Source: Catajapyx aquilonaris (lineage: Eukaryota). From it: a stretch of 20,000 bases of DNA. The DNA is taken from the NCBI GenBank assembly GCA_000934665.2, contig KZ538496.1:46143-66142 (forward strand). The letters are read 5' to 3'. The notes below the pieces were generated by a model. That model searched no databases, was not told the DNA's origin, and saw only the letters and a list, made by a program, of their open reading frames with translations. The stretch's first letter is position 1. The number at the start of each line of letters is the position of its first letter. The translations under genes and the position numbers were made by a program. Shown here piece by piece: positions 6,137 through 17,243 of this stretch.

Positions 6137-9100
6137 ATGCCGCAGCACTGCTCTGCAGATGGGTGCAAATCGAGGGCCGACAAGGGCGGCTCGGGAATAT
6201 CCTTTCACAGGTGAAGCAAAACGCAGCGCAGCGCCGTACACAGCACTTAACGACAATGAATTTTTAACATTGCAGTTACCCCTTGAAGAATCCAGAGTTG
6301 CTCGCCAAATGGATGAACAACCTGCGTCGGGTGAATTTCACGCCATCAATTCACAGCAAACTGTGCAGCCTGCACTTCACACACGACAGCTACCAGAAAA
6401 GACCAGGTGCTAATATACCACTCTTGAAGAAGGATGCTGTACCGACAGTATTCATCTCTCAGCAGCACCTGCGAGAGAAAGTGCCCTCACGGAAACCACC
6501 ACCACCAAAGAGGAGATGCGCCAGTGACAGTTCTCAGCCTACAGCGAAGGTAACGCATATTGTGTGTACGACAATATGCCATTATGGGTAATCCACATGA
6601 AATGTGTGAGCATTGTCATGACAAATGTTACTACTCCATGTCACATTGGAATCCATTGTTCTTGCATGCATCTCTTTTTTTGCACAAAATGATGCCCACT
6701 GCCCACAGGAAATGTTACTGCCTACATAATAGCGTAGTGACCTGTGACTGGTCAACCATCAAATGATGTCTCAAGTTGTTATTAAAGTTCATTGATTGAT
6801 TATTTCTCAGAGGATGAAAAGCGATGGACTTGCCAAGAACACGCTGACAGCTGATACATCTGGAAATAATAGTCGTCACATCCATGCAGCTGGAAACCCC
6901 ACGGAACCCATTATTACTTCATCACCAACGAAGAAGAAATTGCCCCAGAAGATGCTTCAACAGAATCTGCGGCGCCGACCAACCAAGATCAACAAGATGA
7001 AGGATCTCCTCGAGTCATTAAGGAGAAAAAACTTGATTGGGGAGGTGGCAGAGAGTCTTCTGGCCGAGTCTTTTTCTGGATTGCAGCTGCTTAATAAGGA
7101 TCCCATTAAGAACGACTCCGCCAGCAGCCCAAATGGGTACAGGTATTCAAAGGAAGTGAAAAGATTTTCCATGACTTTGTATTACCAGTCTCCGAAGGCA
7201 TACAGGTTCGCGCGGTCTCACTTTAGGTTGCCACATGTCTCCCTGCTTCAGAAATGGTGCTCTAATGTAGAAGCAGAACCAGGGTTCTTAACTGATGCTT
7301 TCAACTACTTGCAAAAAAAAACCAGTGAGCAACCGTGGCTGGCTGACTGCGGTTTGGTGCTTGGCAGTATGTCAATTAGGAAATGCATGGAGTACAATTC
7401 AGCTACAAAAAGCTATGCTGGATATGTAGATTACGGTGGAGCTATAGCGGAAGCATGTGAAACTCTAGCTTCGGAAGTCTTGGTGTTTATGGTGGTATCA
7501 CTTGTCGGCAAATTTAAATTTCCAGTTGCATACTTCCTTACGGACAAAGTTGCAGGAAACGTGCAGTGTCAGCTTATCCGAGTTTGCCTGGAGAAACTGG
7601 ATAATGTTGGAATTAGGGTATGGACACTTACATTAGATGGGTGTGCCTCTAGTGTTCGTACAGTCCAGGAACTAGGTGTGAATTTCACCGGTGACGTCCC
7701 CAAACTGACCACACACTTCTTGCATCCTACTAGACAGTATGAGGTCTACGTAATTTTCGATCCTTGCCACATGCTGAAACTGGCAAGGAACAGCCTCGCA
7801 GATTTAAAGGTATTGCAGTCGCTAAAGGGCACAATATCATGGAATTATGTTGCGAAACTGCATGAATTGCAGGAAAAGGAAGTGGGCAATAAGCTGTCCC
7901 GAAATCATGTACAAAAATTGAAAGTGTGCGTGGCCGCTCAAACACTGAGTGGCTCAGTGGCCTCTGCGCTTCATTTTTTGAGAGATGGACTGAAGCTTAA
8001 GGAGTTCATGGGGTCAGAAGCAACATGTGAGTTCATGGAGATGCTGGACAAGATATTTGATTTGTGTAATTCAAAGAATCCATTTGCAAAGGGCTACAAG
8101 GCTGCTTTACGACTATCCAATCAACATGTTTGGCTGGCAACTGTCTCTCAAGCCGAAAAGTACCTCACGTCCTTGCAAATTGTCATGGAGTCGGGTCGAG
8201 CACACCCCATTATTCTTCATAGACGCAAGACTTTTGTGATTGGTTTTCTGCTTACCTTGAAATCATTGAAGTCCGTTGCAATGCACTTTCTCACTAGAGA
8301 GGTCAATCCACTGAATTACGTCATAACATATCGTTTCTCGCAAGATCACTTAGAAATGCATTTTGCAAAAATCCGAGGATGGAACAATAACCCTAGCTCT
8401 CTTCAGGTGAAACGGTTGCTTTGCCATGTACAAGCTTCTTCAACAGGCAATTGCAGGATGCCTAATGATTTGCCTGACCCTGCAGACATATTTGAGTTTA
8501 GGTCATCAAAGAGATCGCTGAGGGACCTATCAAATGAAGAGGATACCTGCAGAGAGAGAGAATCTTGTGTGGCAGAATTACTAGATTCCTGTGCCCTGTC
8601 AGAGTTCACAGAAAACGTATTGTATTACATTGGTGGTTTCATAGTGCGCCGTTTAATGAAAACCATCACATGTCAACCTTGCATGGAGGGTCTTGTCGCC
8701 AGTCCAGTTGGAGACCATAATTATTCCTTCGCTGGGCCAATGAGCGTGTTTACAGACATGGACAACAATGGGGGTTTAATAAAACCATCCGCAGCTGCGT
8801 TCACTGTTGTCAAAGCATGTGAACGTGCTTTCCGTGTGGTAATGTTTGGTGAGGATTTCTCGCAAATTAAAAAAAAAAGTTTTGCAAGTGTTCTTGTGCA
8901 TAGTGTTTTCCGCCGAGTGTGCCATTTGCCACTGTTTCAAGGAGGTACTGCACATGACTTATACGAGTGTGAAATTTTTGATGAGAGGCACTCTTTTCAA
9001 GTGATCAAGAAAATTGCAGAGTGCTACTTTTCGCTCAGACTGAAAACCTATGCAAAGAATTTCACTACTGAGAACTTCCATATTGGTGTGCGCCAGAAGC

Positions 9101-9141
9101 TTATGAAACGTATTTTATTTTGCCACGAATCAACAAAGTGA
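6137..9141 (+). CDS. THAP-domain P-element-family transposase (THAP9-like), about 892 aa; exons 6137-6210, 6276-6549, 6811-9141
   Basis: Spliced N-terminus MPQHCSADGC...SFHSYPLKNPELLAKW...LCSLHF...LKKDAVPTVF is a C2CH THAP zinc finger. It is followed by SPKAY..R..LP, EPGF, LTLDG, DPCHMLKLARN, SQDHLE, WNNNP, YYIGGF and GGLIKPS motifs. Both GT-AG introns keep the frame. Confidence 0.93.
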
Positions 9142-9477
9142 CCTAACATGCAAAGGCTGAGGTGGCGTTTGTACAGTAGTGTCGGTATGGGTTGTAATGT
9201 TGACTTTCTTATTTTGTATATCTTGCACTATAATTCTTGTTTTACTTTCAACATGTAGCATTGTAATGTGTTATTATGAAGGTTTCCTTGAGAAAATACA
9301 CTTGTATGGAAAGGGATAGCGAGTTATGCATCTTACGTGCTGTCATCAGTGCCCTGTGGCTGAATGCCACTGGAATAAATGGGAAAGGTTTGGAACGCAA
9401 GAACTCTCATGTTCGGTTGTTTACTTTTTTTAATGATCTCTCTCTCTCTCCCTCCCGCCTGGATACATGTTGATTTT

Positions 9478-11101
9478 TCAGACGGACGTTGAGGCAGCAG
9501 CGGCTGCTTTGGCAGCAAGGCGCTGGTCCCTTTCCTCTGCGATGGTCAGCTTGATACCCTTGCCCTTTGGCAGGGATACGTACGCCTTCGTGCCCTTTCC
9601 AATCATGAAAATGTAGTTTTGCCTGGAATCGGAAAAGAAGACACGCATTATTAACCCAAGTGTAAACAACGCTAGTGTCCAACACTGAGTATGTCCTCGC
9701 TGTGGGTAATGCTGATTCGACACTTAATAATCCAGACCAGCGACCTTTCAGAGAGAGTTACTATGCCCACCTTTTTGACCGCCCGTACGCAGGTAATTTA
9801 ACATAACAGGCGGCTTCGATCAGGGGCATGCTTTCAGAATAACAGGTGCAAACGTACCTGGTGGCAAACACATTTCCATTTGTGTCCTTGACGTGCACGA
9901 TGTCAAAGGACCCCGGATGTCTCTCCCTGGACACGACTGTGCCCACTCGCCCCAAGTTGCGCCCTCCAGTGATCATGCAGAGGTTCCCGGTCTCAAACTT
10001 GATGAAGTCCAGGATCTTCCCTGTGCCAATGTCCATCTGGATGGAGTCGTTGGCCTTGATCAGGGGATCGGGGTAGCGGATGGTACGGCCATCATGGGTC
10101 ACCAGGTACGGGACAGCCTTGGGGCCCAACTGCGCACGCAGGACACGACACAGCTTGTACTGCAACCAAACAAGGTGTTAAAAAATGGCCAAAAAATCAA
10201 ACCACAAATTTCACGGAGTTAAGAAATCCTCTCAGAATCTGCCTCATTCTTTCGTCAATGAATAATCAGGTCAAGCGTCTATTACATTCTACATCCTTGA
10301 GGATCGCACGACAAGATTTGTTAATAATTAATTTCTTATAGTCACCTTCGCCTCTTCTGGAGTGATCCGATGCACGATGAACCTCCCCTTGGTGTCGTAA
10401 ATGAGCCGAAAGTGCTCTCCGGTCTTGTCAATGGTGATCACATCCATGAATCCGGATGGATAGTTGGGATCCGTTCGCACCTTCCCGTCCACCTTTATTA
10501 GACGCTGCATCACTATTTTTTTAACCTCCGCCGCAGTCAGTGCGTACTTCAGCCGGTTCCGAAGAAAGATGATTAGCGGCAGGCATTCCCTCAGCTTGTG
10601 GGGGCCTGAGCTAGGCCGAGGTGCGAACACCCCGGCCAGCTTCCCCAACATCCAGTGCTTCGGCGCATGGATACGCTTCAAGTGTTTACGCGGTCCGCGA
10701 ACCTGTAAAAATTAATAACACATAAGTAAACATGTCCCACTTGCTGCAACGGACTGTGTCCGCCCCAGAAAATTCCTCTCAGAATCTGCCTCATGCTATC
10801 TTCACTTGTAAAAATCAGGTCAAGCGTCATGATCATTCATCACTGAGGATCTGTACACACAATTAATTGCACTAATTGGCCCCCCCTAAAATTTGGAACA
10901 TATCGGGAATAATTCGAACACTTTTTTTCCCCCACATTGATTTTCAGGCTGCTCTCAACCAACACCGGTTCGACCAGTACCGTTTTTCATCCGGAATTTT
11001 TCCCGGGACAATCCGGACACCTGGATGAACCGGGGATGGCCGATCCGGTGGCGGATAAGCCCGGATTTTATGTTGAAAAGGGAAGAAAAAGGACTCACCA
11101 T
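9478..11101 (-). CDS. RPS4: 40S ribosomal protein S4 (eS4), 268 aa; exons 11101-11099 (ATG only), 10702-10346, 10159-9858, 9622-9478
   Basis: [20 protein letters not shown]...[11 protein letters not shown]...[12 protein letters not shown]...GGRNLGRVG...[14 protein letters not shown], with canonical splice sites and no stops. Confidence 0.97.
9689..9830 (-). ncRNA. H/ACA snoRNA, SNORA16 (ACA16)/yeast snR46-like, in RPS4 intron 3
   Basis: Hairpin 1 ATGCCC..ATCGAAG-CCGCCTGT...ACGGGCGG-TCAAAAAG..GGGCAT, H box ATAGTA, hairpin 2 TCGCTG...CAGCGA, then ACA plus 3 nt. The pocket pairs with conserved 28S CUUUUUGA-UC-CUUCGAU. Confidence 0.9.
10227..10303 (-). ncRNA. Box C/D snoRNA in RPS4 intron 2 (paralogue of the intron 1 snoRNA; degenerate C box)
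   Basis: TCCTC-AAGGATGT...GACGCTTGAC-CTGA...TTGACGA...ATGAGGCAGATT-CTGA-GAGGA, 67 nt from the acceptor. Confidence 0.72.
10774..10849 (-). ncRNA. Box C/D snoRNA in RPS4 intron 1, probably dual-guide (D guide SNORD90-like)
   Basis: TCCTC-A-GTGATGA (C)...GACGCTTGAC-CTGA (D')...GTGAAGA (C')...ATGAGGCAGATT-CTGA (D)-GAGGA, 71 nt from the acceptor. Confidence 0.88.
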
Positions 11102-11130
11102 CTTGGCTACACACACGCCACACGCCGAAC

Positions 11131-11250
11131 CGGAAAAGGATTGAAGCAGGGGTGCCAGGTGAAGGACAGGGTTGCCAGATGGTGAGAAAGAGGGAGATGA
11201 ACGACGTGCCCTGATTGGCTGGGGGTCACACTGGACAGCCAATCGATGCT
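11131..11250 (-). promoter_or_regulatory. RPS4 TCT/5'TOP start with upstream CCAAT pair and Motif-1-like site
   Basis: TCCTTTTCCG (11140-11131) lies about 40 nt before the ATG. GATTGGCTG...CAGCCAATC is an inverted CCAAT pair enclosing GGTCACACTG (11224-11233). Confidence 0.65.
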
Positions 11251-11506
11251 TCTGTGCGCTCTGTATGCGGCGTAGGATTAATGCTGGCTGTCATTTAAAC
11301 AGCATTAAATTCTAAATTCAGTGCGCCAGAAGTTAATTAAATATTACTTAATAATTTAAAAAAATATTAGTGTGTTAAATAAATATGATTAGCGCATACT
11401 AGCCGTGTGATACCGGCGCAACAGCGCGTCTGAATTCAACGAACATTATCATTTTTGTTCGATTGTTTTTAAAAAATGAAAGGGCTGCTGCACATTAAAT
11501 TTTATA

Positions 11507-11517
11507 TTCCGCGAAAA
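11507..11517. promoter_or_regulatory. Candidate E2F site upstream of DONSON
   Basis: TTCCGCGAAAA reads TTTTCGCGGAA on the minus strand, matching the E2F consensus. Plausible for a replication gene, but the motif is short. Confidence 0.35.
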
Positions 11518-11828
11518 TCAAAATAATTGCAACATTTAATCTGGTTTAAACATGCGATTTGTTTAATACATTTGGACACGGTCTACCGGTTCGGATGCGA
11601 ATCGGTTTTGTGCAAAAAGTTTCGCCAATCGTTTTATATTCGCATCTCCGGACGACCGACCTGAAGTTCGGTAAGGAAACTGGGGCCTTTCATAGAATGC
11701 GATTCGAACCCGAAATCCGCCGAAAACCAACATTGAGTATTTTGCACCAATATCAGCACAGTTAATTAGCAAGTAATATACATACAAATTTTCAGCACAA
11801 TTATTTATGCAATGAGCAGATGAGCTCA

Positions 11829-14258
11829 ATGGCAGATCCGCCTTCTCCGTGGAAGCATCCGGAAGAGGTGAACCGACTGAGGCAGCTGCGGAAGAAGAAG
11901 CTTGCATTGCAGGCCAGGCTCACAGGCCTCCTCCGCTCATCATCGTCACCATCGGAGCCCAGCTCCTCCCCGGCACCGCAGAAAAAATTTATTATCAAGA
12001 AGAGGAGTCGAAATCCATTCAGGTGATACCCACCAAAAAGTACCCGCCCATGACATGTTACCAATTTCATACGTTCCTTTCCAGTGCGCCGGATGCCAAC
12101 GACGCAAAGAAGCCATGTCTGGAGCCTCCCCCGGAGTTGGATCCCTCGGCAGACGTGACCCTTTTCCAGCTGCTGACTTCCAGCTACGGGAGTCCTAGCA
12201 CCAGTGGAGAGTTGGTCACCTCATTTTCAGATGTTTTTGCAAAAGAGTCCAGCTGTCATGTAAGCTACGGGAATCGTGTCGTTTCTGGAACAGTGCAACT
12301 AATGTTGTCTTATTAGTCAGATGCATCGAAGGATGACGATGCAGGTTGGGAAGAGGAGCTTCCGATAGACTGGAGTCTTAAGACCAGCCTCCGATTCACG
12401 TCTTCGCTTCCGTTTCCATGGGATCCCAAGCTGAAGGTGAGCTTGATATGCTCGGAAGAAACAGGCAAGCTGAAAATCGAAGCGGTTGCGAAGGTGCAAT
12501 TTGCACTCCAAAATTGCTCTCTGCACTCCAGTTGGGCCTGATAACATGGCTAAATCCAGTAATTAAATATTACGCACTCCGAGTAAGTAATGTAATAATT
12601 GTGGTGCGTTCCAGGCTTGTGAGGAGGCCTCAGGAGTGAGCATGTTTACCCGCTGCCTGCCTTCAAACGACTGCTCCTCTGCTTCGTTGGACACAAGCCC
12701 AGCCGCACATCTCCGCCGCTGCAGCTTCTATTGGCAGCACCCTGCAAAATCTGGGGTCAACCTCTTCCCACGCTACAGGACCAGGGGACTCAAGGGCGCG
12801 GACTCCAGTGGAGGAGGGTCGAAGGCCGCTCCTTCCCAGTCAGACCAGGAGGCCATGCACAAGGACTGGTCAGTTCTGTTAGCCTTCGCATCTGTCATTT
12901 TGCTCTGATCTCATCCGCTGAATTGTTCCCTCCAAGGAAAGAGAGCCTGACTTCTCTGTACCAGCTGCTTCGGACACGCCAATGCCCCTTCTTCTACCTG
13001 TGCGCGCCGGCATTCACATGTCTGTTTAGGGCAGCAGGAATGTCGTCTGCTCTAGAAATTAACGCCATCCTCACCCCGAGTACGTCAGGACTCAGGAACT
13101 CCATGAAGCGGGAAGGTCAGTTCCATCCGGAAATTACGACTCCTTCAAACGAAATTGGCAGTACCTGAAGCATATGTCAATGTAAAGAGCAGTTCATCAA
13201 GGCTCGCAGCAAACAAAGTGACAATCTGTAATTTGATGCTTATTTAGTAATTATAATCGCATGCACGGCCTGCATATTAATTTCACCTTCTTAATTTATC
13301 CTCCAGGTATTGAGTTTTCCATGCCGTTGAAGAAAGAATCTCCAACCAAGTGAGTGTTGATGCTTCGATAATATTGCCGTACATAAATCTACACATGTGA
13401 CTTTAACGTGACATTTGCTGAAACACAGACCCTCTGCTCATGTTGTGACTCTGTTGCAGGCGGAACTCAGACGAGGAGCCAGCAGTTGACGACAGTCCCA
13501 AAAAGGGCGGGACAGAAGACGAGGAGACCTTGGATTTGCTGGCCAGCATGGGTGCCAATCAGACTTCATTGGTTGGACTGAGCATCAGGGACAGAATGTA
13601 ATTATTTTATTTTAGTTTAATTACCCCAGCGCCAGGAAAACTCCTTTTATTTTAAAGACGACGTGAAGGTGGCATCAAGGATGACTTCAGACCTGAGTCA
13701 GCAGTTCAAGTGAATGGCGTGGAGACACAGTCACTGCTTGACTTCTTGCTGTCGAGCAGGAGTTGCATTGCCGCTTCTGGCCACACCGCGGGGATCCCAC
13801 CTACGTTGTTGGCACCTGTGGCGTTCCAGGGGGCAACACTCATGAAGCTTCAGGTGAGGAGAGAGCTTAAATGCGTACTTGACATGCGTTTGACATGCTT
13901 GTCGTTGCAGGTTCATTACAGCACCATCCAGGCGGGAACAGGTTCGTCTTATGTGGTTGAGCTTCGTGGCCCCATCTTACCACATGTGGTTCACGAAATG
14001 ATGGATTCCACCCTGCGTAATGTAACTCTCTCGACAATAACCAGCGTAACCTGCCAGGGTAGTGAAGCCTTTGCTCGTCTCCCTGACCGACCGTCCTCGA
14101 GCGAATCTGGAGCTGAGTCGGATGCGTTTGGATTGGTGAATCTCAGTGACTGTGGACTTGGAGATTTGCTTCTCCAGAGGTTCTGCGGAAGGGACACCAA
14201 GTGTCAGAAAGAAGTCGTCGAGATTCAGTGCAAGGACAAGGTGTTCAGGTGGAAGTAA
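11829..14258 (+). CDS. DONSON: Protein downstream neighbor of Son / humpty dumpty; exons 11829-12022, 12085-12259, 12317-12436, 12615-12868, 12937-13115, 13307-13349, 13460-13597, 13658-13853, 13911-14258 (alternative ATG at 11820)
   Basis: Motifs KKKLALQARL, RNPF, LPIDWSLKTSLRFTSSLPFPW, YWQHP...LFPR, SLYQLLR..QCPFFY, FRAAG, GIEFSMP, PPTLLAPVAFQGA and GPILPH. The GT-AG intron phases are consistent. Confidence 0.93.
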
Positions 14259-16269
14259 CTGTTTACTCTGCATATCTATTTATGCTGGTTTTTTATTATT
14301 ATTTATGACACTGAGGAATGCTCAAGAGCTCAATTTTATGTAAGAACTGTTTTATAAAATGAAGTTAAAACATCGAGAGTTGTCCATTCTTTAAATCTGT
14401 TTATGTACGGCAACATTTTTAATGTAAATTCTGAACCTCTGCATGCGGTTAATTAGATGTCGACCTTTATTGTCACTGTTTGCGTTGGAATAATTTGCAT
14501 GTTCTGGCGGACAAGCTGCGAATCCCTGATGCCCGCTGTCCAGTGATCCTTTCCTCCCCCAACCCCTGCTTCATGTCATCCCCTTTTCTCCCCCTCCCAC
14601 TGCCCCTCCCATCCCCTCCAATCTCCTTCTTTCCGCAGTATCCCTTTGGCCAGCTCCGGACCATCTCATTAAGCAAGTCAGAAGTGCTCTGTGGCTTTAT
14701 GGCTGCCTGCCACTTGACGTAATTGGGCTTCAGGCTTTTCCTGCTTCCACTCGGCTGCTTTCTGCTGCTGAGGCTGCTTCTCACAGAATATTCCAATCCG
14801 CAGGCACTCCCTGCGGATCTACAGGCCTGCTCCTATATAACGCATGTCTGGACTAGTTTATTACACGATCGGCCGATCGAACACAACATGGGAAATAGTT
14901 CGCAATCTCTTTCACATGGTTACGCTAATTAGGAATCCTGTCCAGCTTTATTGTTTTGGAAAGCATGTTAAACAAACGTACAACGTCGCAAGATGTTATG
15001 TTGCTTTTTGTGCAATTGTTTTACGTTCCGAGCTGCTTAAAATAACACTGCATGTAATTATGAAACCAGCAGTGCATGTGATGCAAAATATGCGGCTGCA
15101 TATGAGTGCGCATGCAAAAATATCATCACTTGACTGCAACCGATGTCATGTTGAAACATTGTATTCTGTCCAAACATTTTAAAAACGTGTACTTATACTC
15201 TCAGCCATGGTCGCGAGGGAATTTTAAAACAGCCCAAAAATTACGGAGCGAAGTTATCAATATGACAAGTGTACTGATTGTGTGAGCAATGTCGTAATTA
15301 GACCAATTACATGTCCGACAATTCGCGCAATTAATTCGTCATTTTTTTAAAACATGCACATTTTTAGCCTCCCAAGAAAGATTCCCACCCATGAAATATT
15401 AAACACGTTTCAAAATTTACAACTATTTATTAAAATATGATGACGTAACAGCAGGCGGAAAAGCGGGGGCGGGGTTTTTTTTTTTTGTGTGGTTTGGTAC
15501 CAAGTTCTAACATGTCGCAATAAGTGTGTGCTGGATCGCAGATTCGGGTTAGTGCTGCAGCTGGAGCCAACTTTTGCGAACACAGGGGCCGCCCACGGGC
15601 CGGGTGCCGCTCAACCACGAAGGTAAGACGACAAACCAGAGGGGGGAAATAATCACCCTGGCCACAATATGGCGATTATTTCTCCAAGAAATCAACTCAA
15701 TTCCGGGGTCATGCATCGGTGGGCAGCAGAGAAACCCTCCAGAGTAAACTAACTTTGATGTGTTCCTCTGGAGCCTACAAAATCCAGCACACTTGTTGCG
15801 TTTTCCCCCCCTCATCCCCATCATGCATAATAGGAGGCTGTTGCGTTGTCCAGTGAGTCTTTGCAAGCATCTATTCCAGCACCAGTGCTGCTGCGCCCCC
15901 TATTTCCTCTCTCTCTGCTGGACTCTTTTTCTTCCTTTTTTCCTCTCCTGCCAGTTGATTCTATCCGCTTCCCAGCCTCCCTGGACCTGGCCTGTGGGCT
16001 CATCCATATTCCAACTCTGGGTTTGTCCAGGAGAAGGGACAACACGGATGCTGCTGCTGCAGCCCGCGCTTCTCTCCCGCTGGAAAAACATGCAAGGAAA
16101 ATACAGGAGTAGAGGTTGGGGGGGTCAGTGAGTCTGACTGCTGCTGGAGAAACAGGACTATAGGTAGCCTCTCTAGCTGTTTTATTGCACTTCAGGAGGA
16201 ACAAAAGGTTGTTCAAATTCACAGTTTATTTCCACATCCTCAGTGTCACAAGATATAGGTTGGCTGATT

Positions 16270-16862
16270 TCACTCGTAAAAAAAAACTTTGAGCGAAAAT
16301 GTCACTCGAAAATATATTCTAAAAACTTTTGAGTCGAAATCTCACTCTAAAAATGTTGATTGAAAATCTCACTAAATTTTTATTGTCGCTCTCGAAAATA
16401 TTTTGAGTGAAAATCTCGCTCTAAAATGTTGAGTGATAATCTCGCTCTAAACATTTTTGAGTGAAAATCTCTCTCTAAATATTTTGAGGGAAAATATCGC
16501 TCTAAAATGTTGATTGAAAATCTCACTAAATTTTTTATTATCTCTCTCGAAAATATTTTGAGTGAAAATCTCGCTCTAAAAATGTTGAGTGAAAATCTCG
16601 CTCTAAACATTTTTGAGTGAAAATCTCGCTCTAAATATTTTGAGTTAAAAATCTCTCGAAACATTTTAAGTGAATAATCTCACTCTAAAATGTTGAGTTA
16701 AAAATCACTCGAAACATTGGTTTTAAGTGAATAATCTCACTCTAAAAATGTTGAGTGAAAATCTTGCTCTGAAATATTTTGAGTGAAAATCTCGCTCTAA
16801 ACATTTTTGAGTGAAAATATCACTCGAAACATTTTTAAGTGAATAATCTCACTCTAAAAATG
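16270..16862. repeat. Tandem array of about 26-bp imperfectly palindromic units (TTTGAGTGAAAATCTCGCTCTAAAxAT) with a 154-bp higher-order duplication
   Basis: Roughly 20 visible units. The variant block GTTGATTGAAAATCTCACTAAATTTTTTATT recurs at 16355 and 16509. Confidence 0.92.
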
Positions 16863-17217
16863 AGAACTTACGCAAAATGTTACTTTTTGAGTGAATTTCA
16901 CTCCGCAAAGAGCTACTTGAACTCAAATCGAGTGAAAAAAATAGTCGAAAGAAGAGTGAAATTGAGTGGGGGGAGGAAACTGTTCTTTCAGTGAGTGATA
17001 CCGGTTTCACTCATTTTGAGTTGTTTTTTTTTCGCTCGAATGTGAAATGATCACTCAATTTTAGTGGAAATATGTCACTCAAGTGATGATCGAGTGATTT
17101 TCCACTCAATTTGAGCCGTAATCAATCCAGGTTAGAATCACACATTCAGTAAAAAAATCACTCAAATTGAGTGAAAAATTACTCTAAAGAAGAGTGAAAA
17201 TGAGCGGGGGGGGGGGG

Positions 17218-17243
17218 NNNNNNNNNNNNNNNNNNNNNNNNNN
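17218..17243. other. Assembly gap (26 N) after a poly-G run
   Basis: Run of n characters. Confidence 1.

Noticed and set aside
10960..11070. CCGG-rich stretch in RPS4 intron 1 as a MITE or structured RNA
   Set aside because: No defined termini, boxes or long stem; consistent with CpG-rich promoter-proximal sequence.
13598..13657. Possible U12-type intron in DONSON (TCCTTTTAT near the acceptor)
   Set aside because: The donor is GTAATT, not the U12 consensus (G/A)TATCCT.
14473..16222. Several 60-130 aa ORFs downstream of DONSON
   Set aside because: Low-complexity, purine/pyrimidine-skewed sequence with no domain motifs or coherent exon chain that I can support.
16270..16862. CRISPR-like array, and ORF 16380-16664
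   Set aside because: Units are contiguous without unique spacers, the context is eukaryotic and there are no cas genes. The ORF is just the translated repeat.
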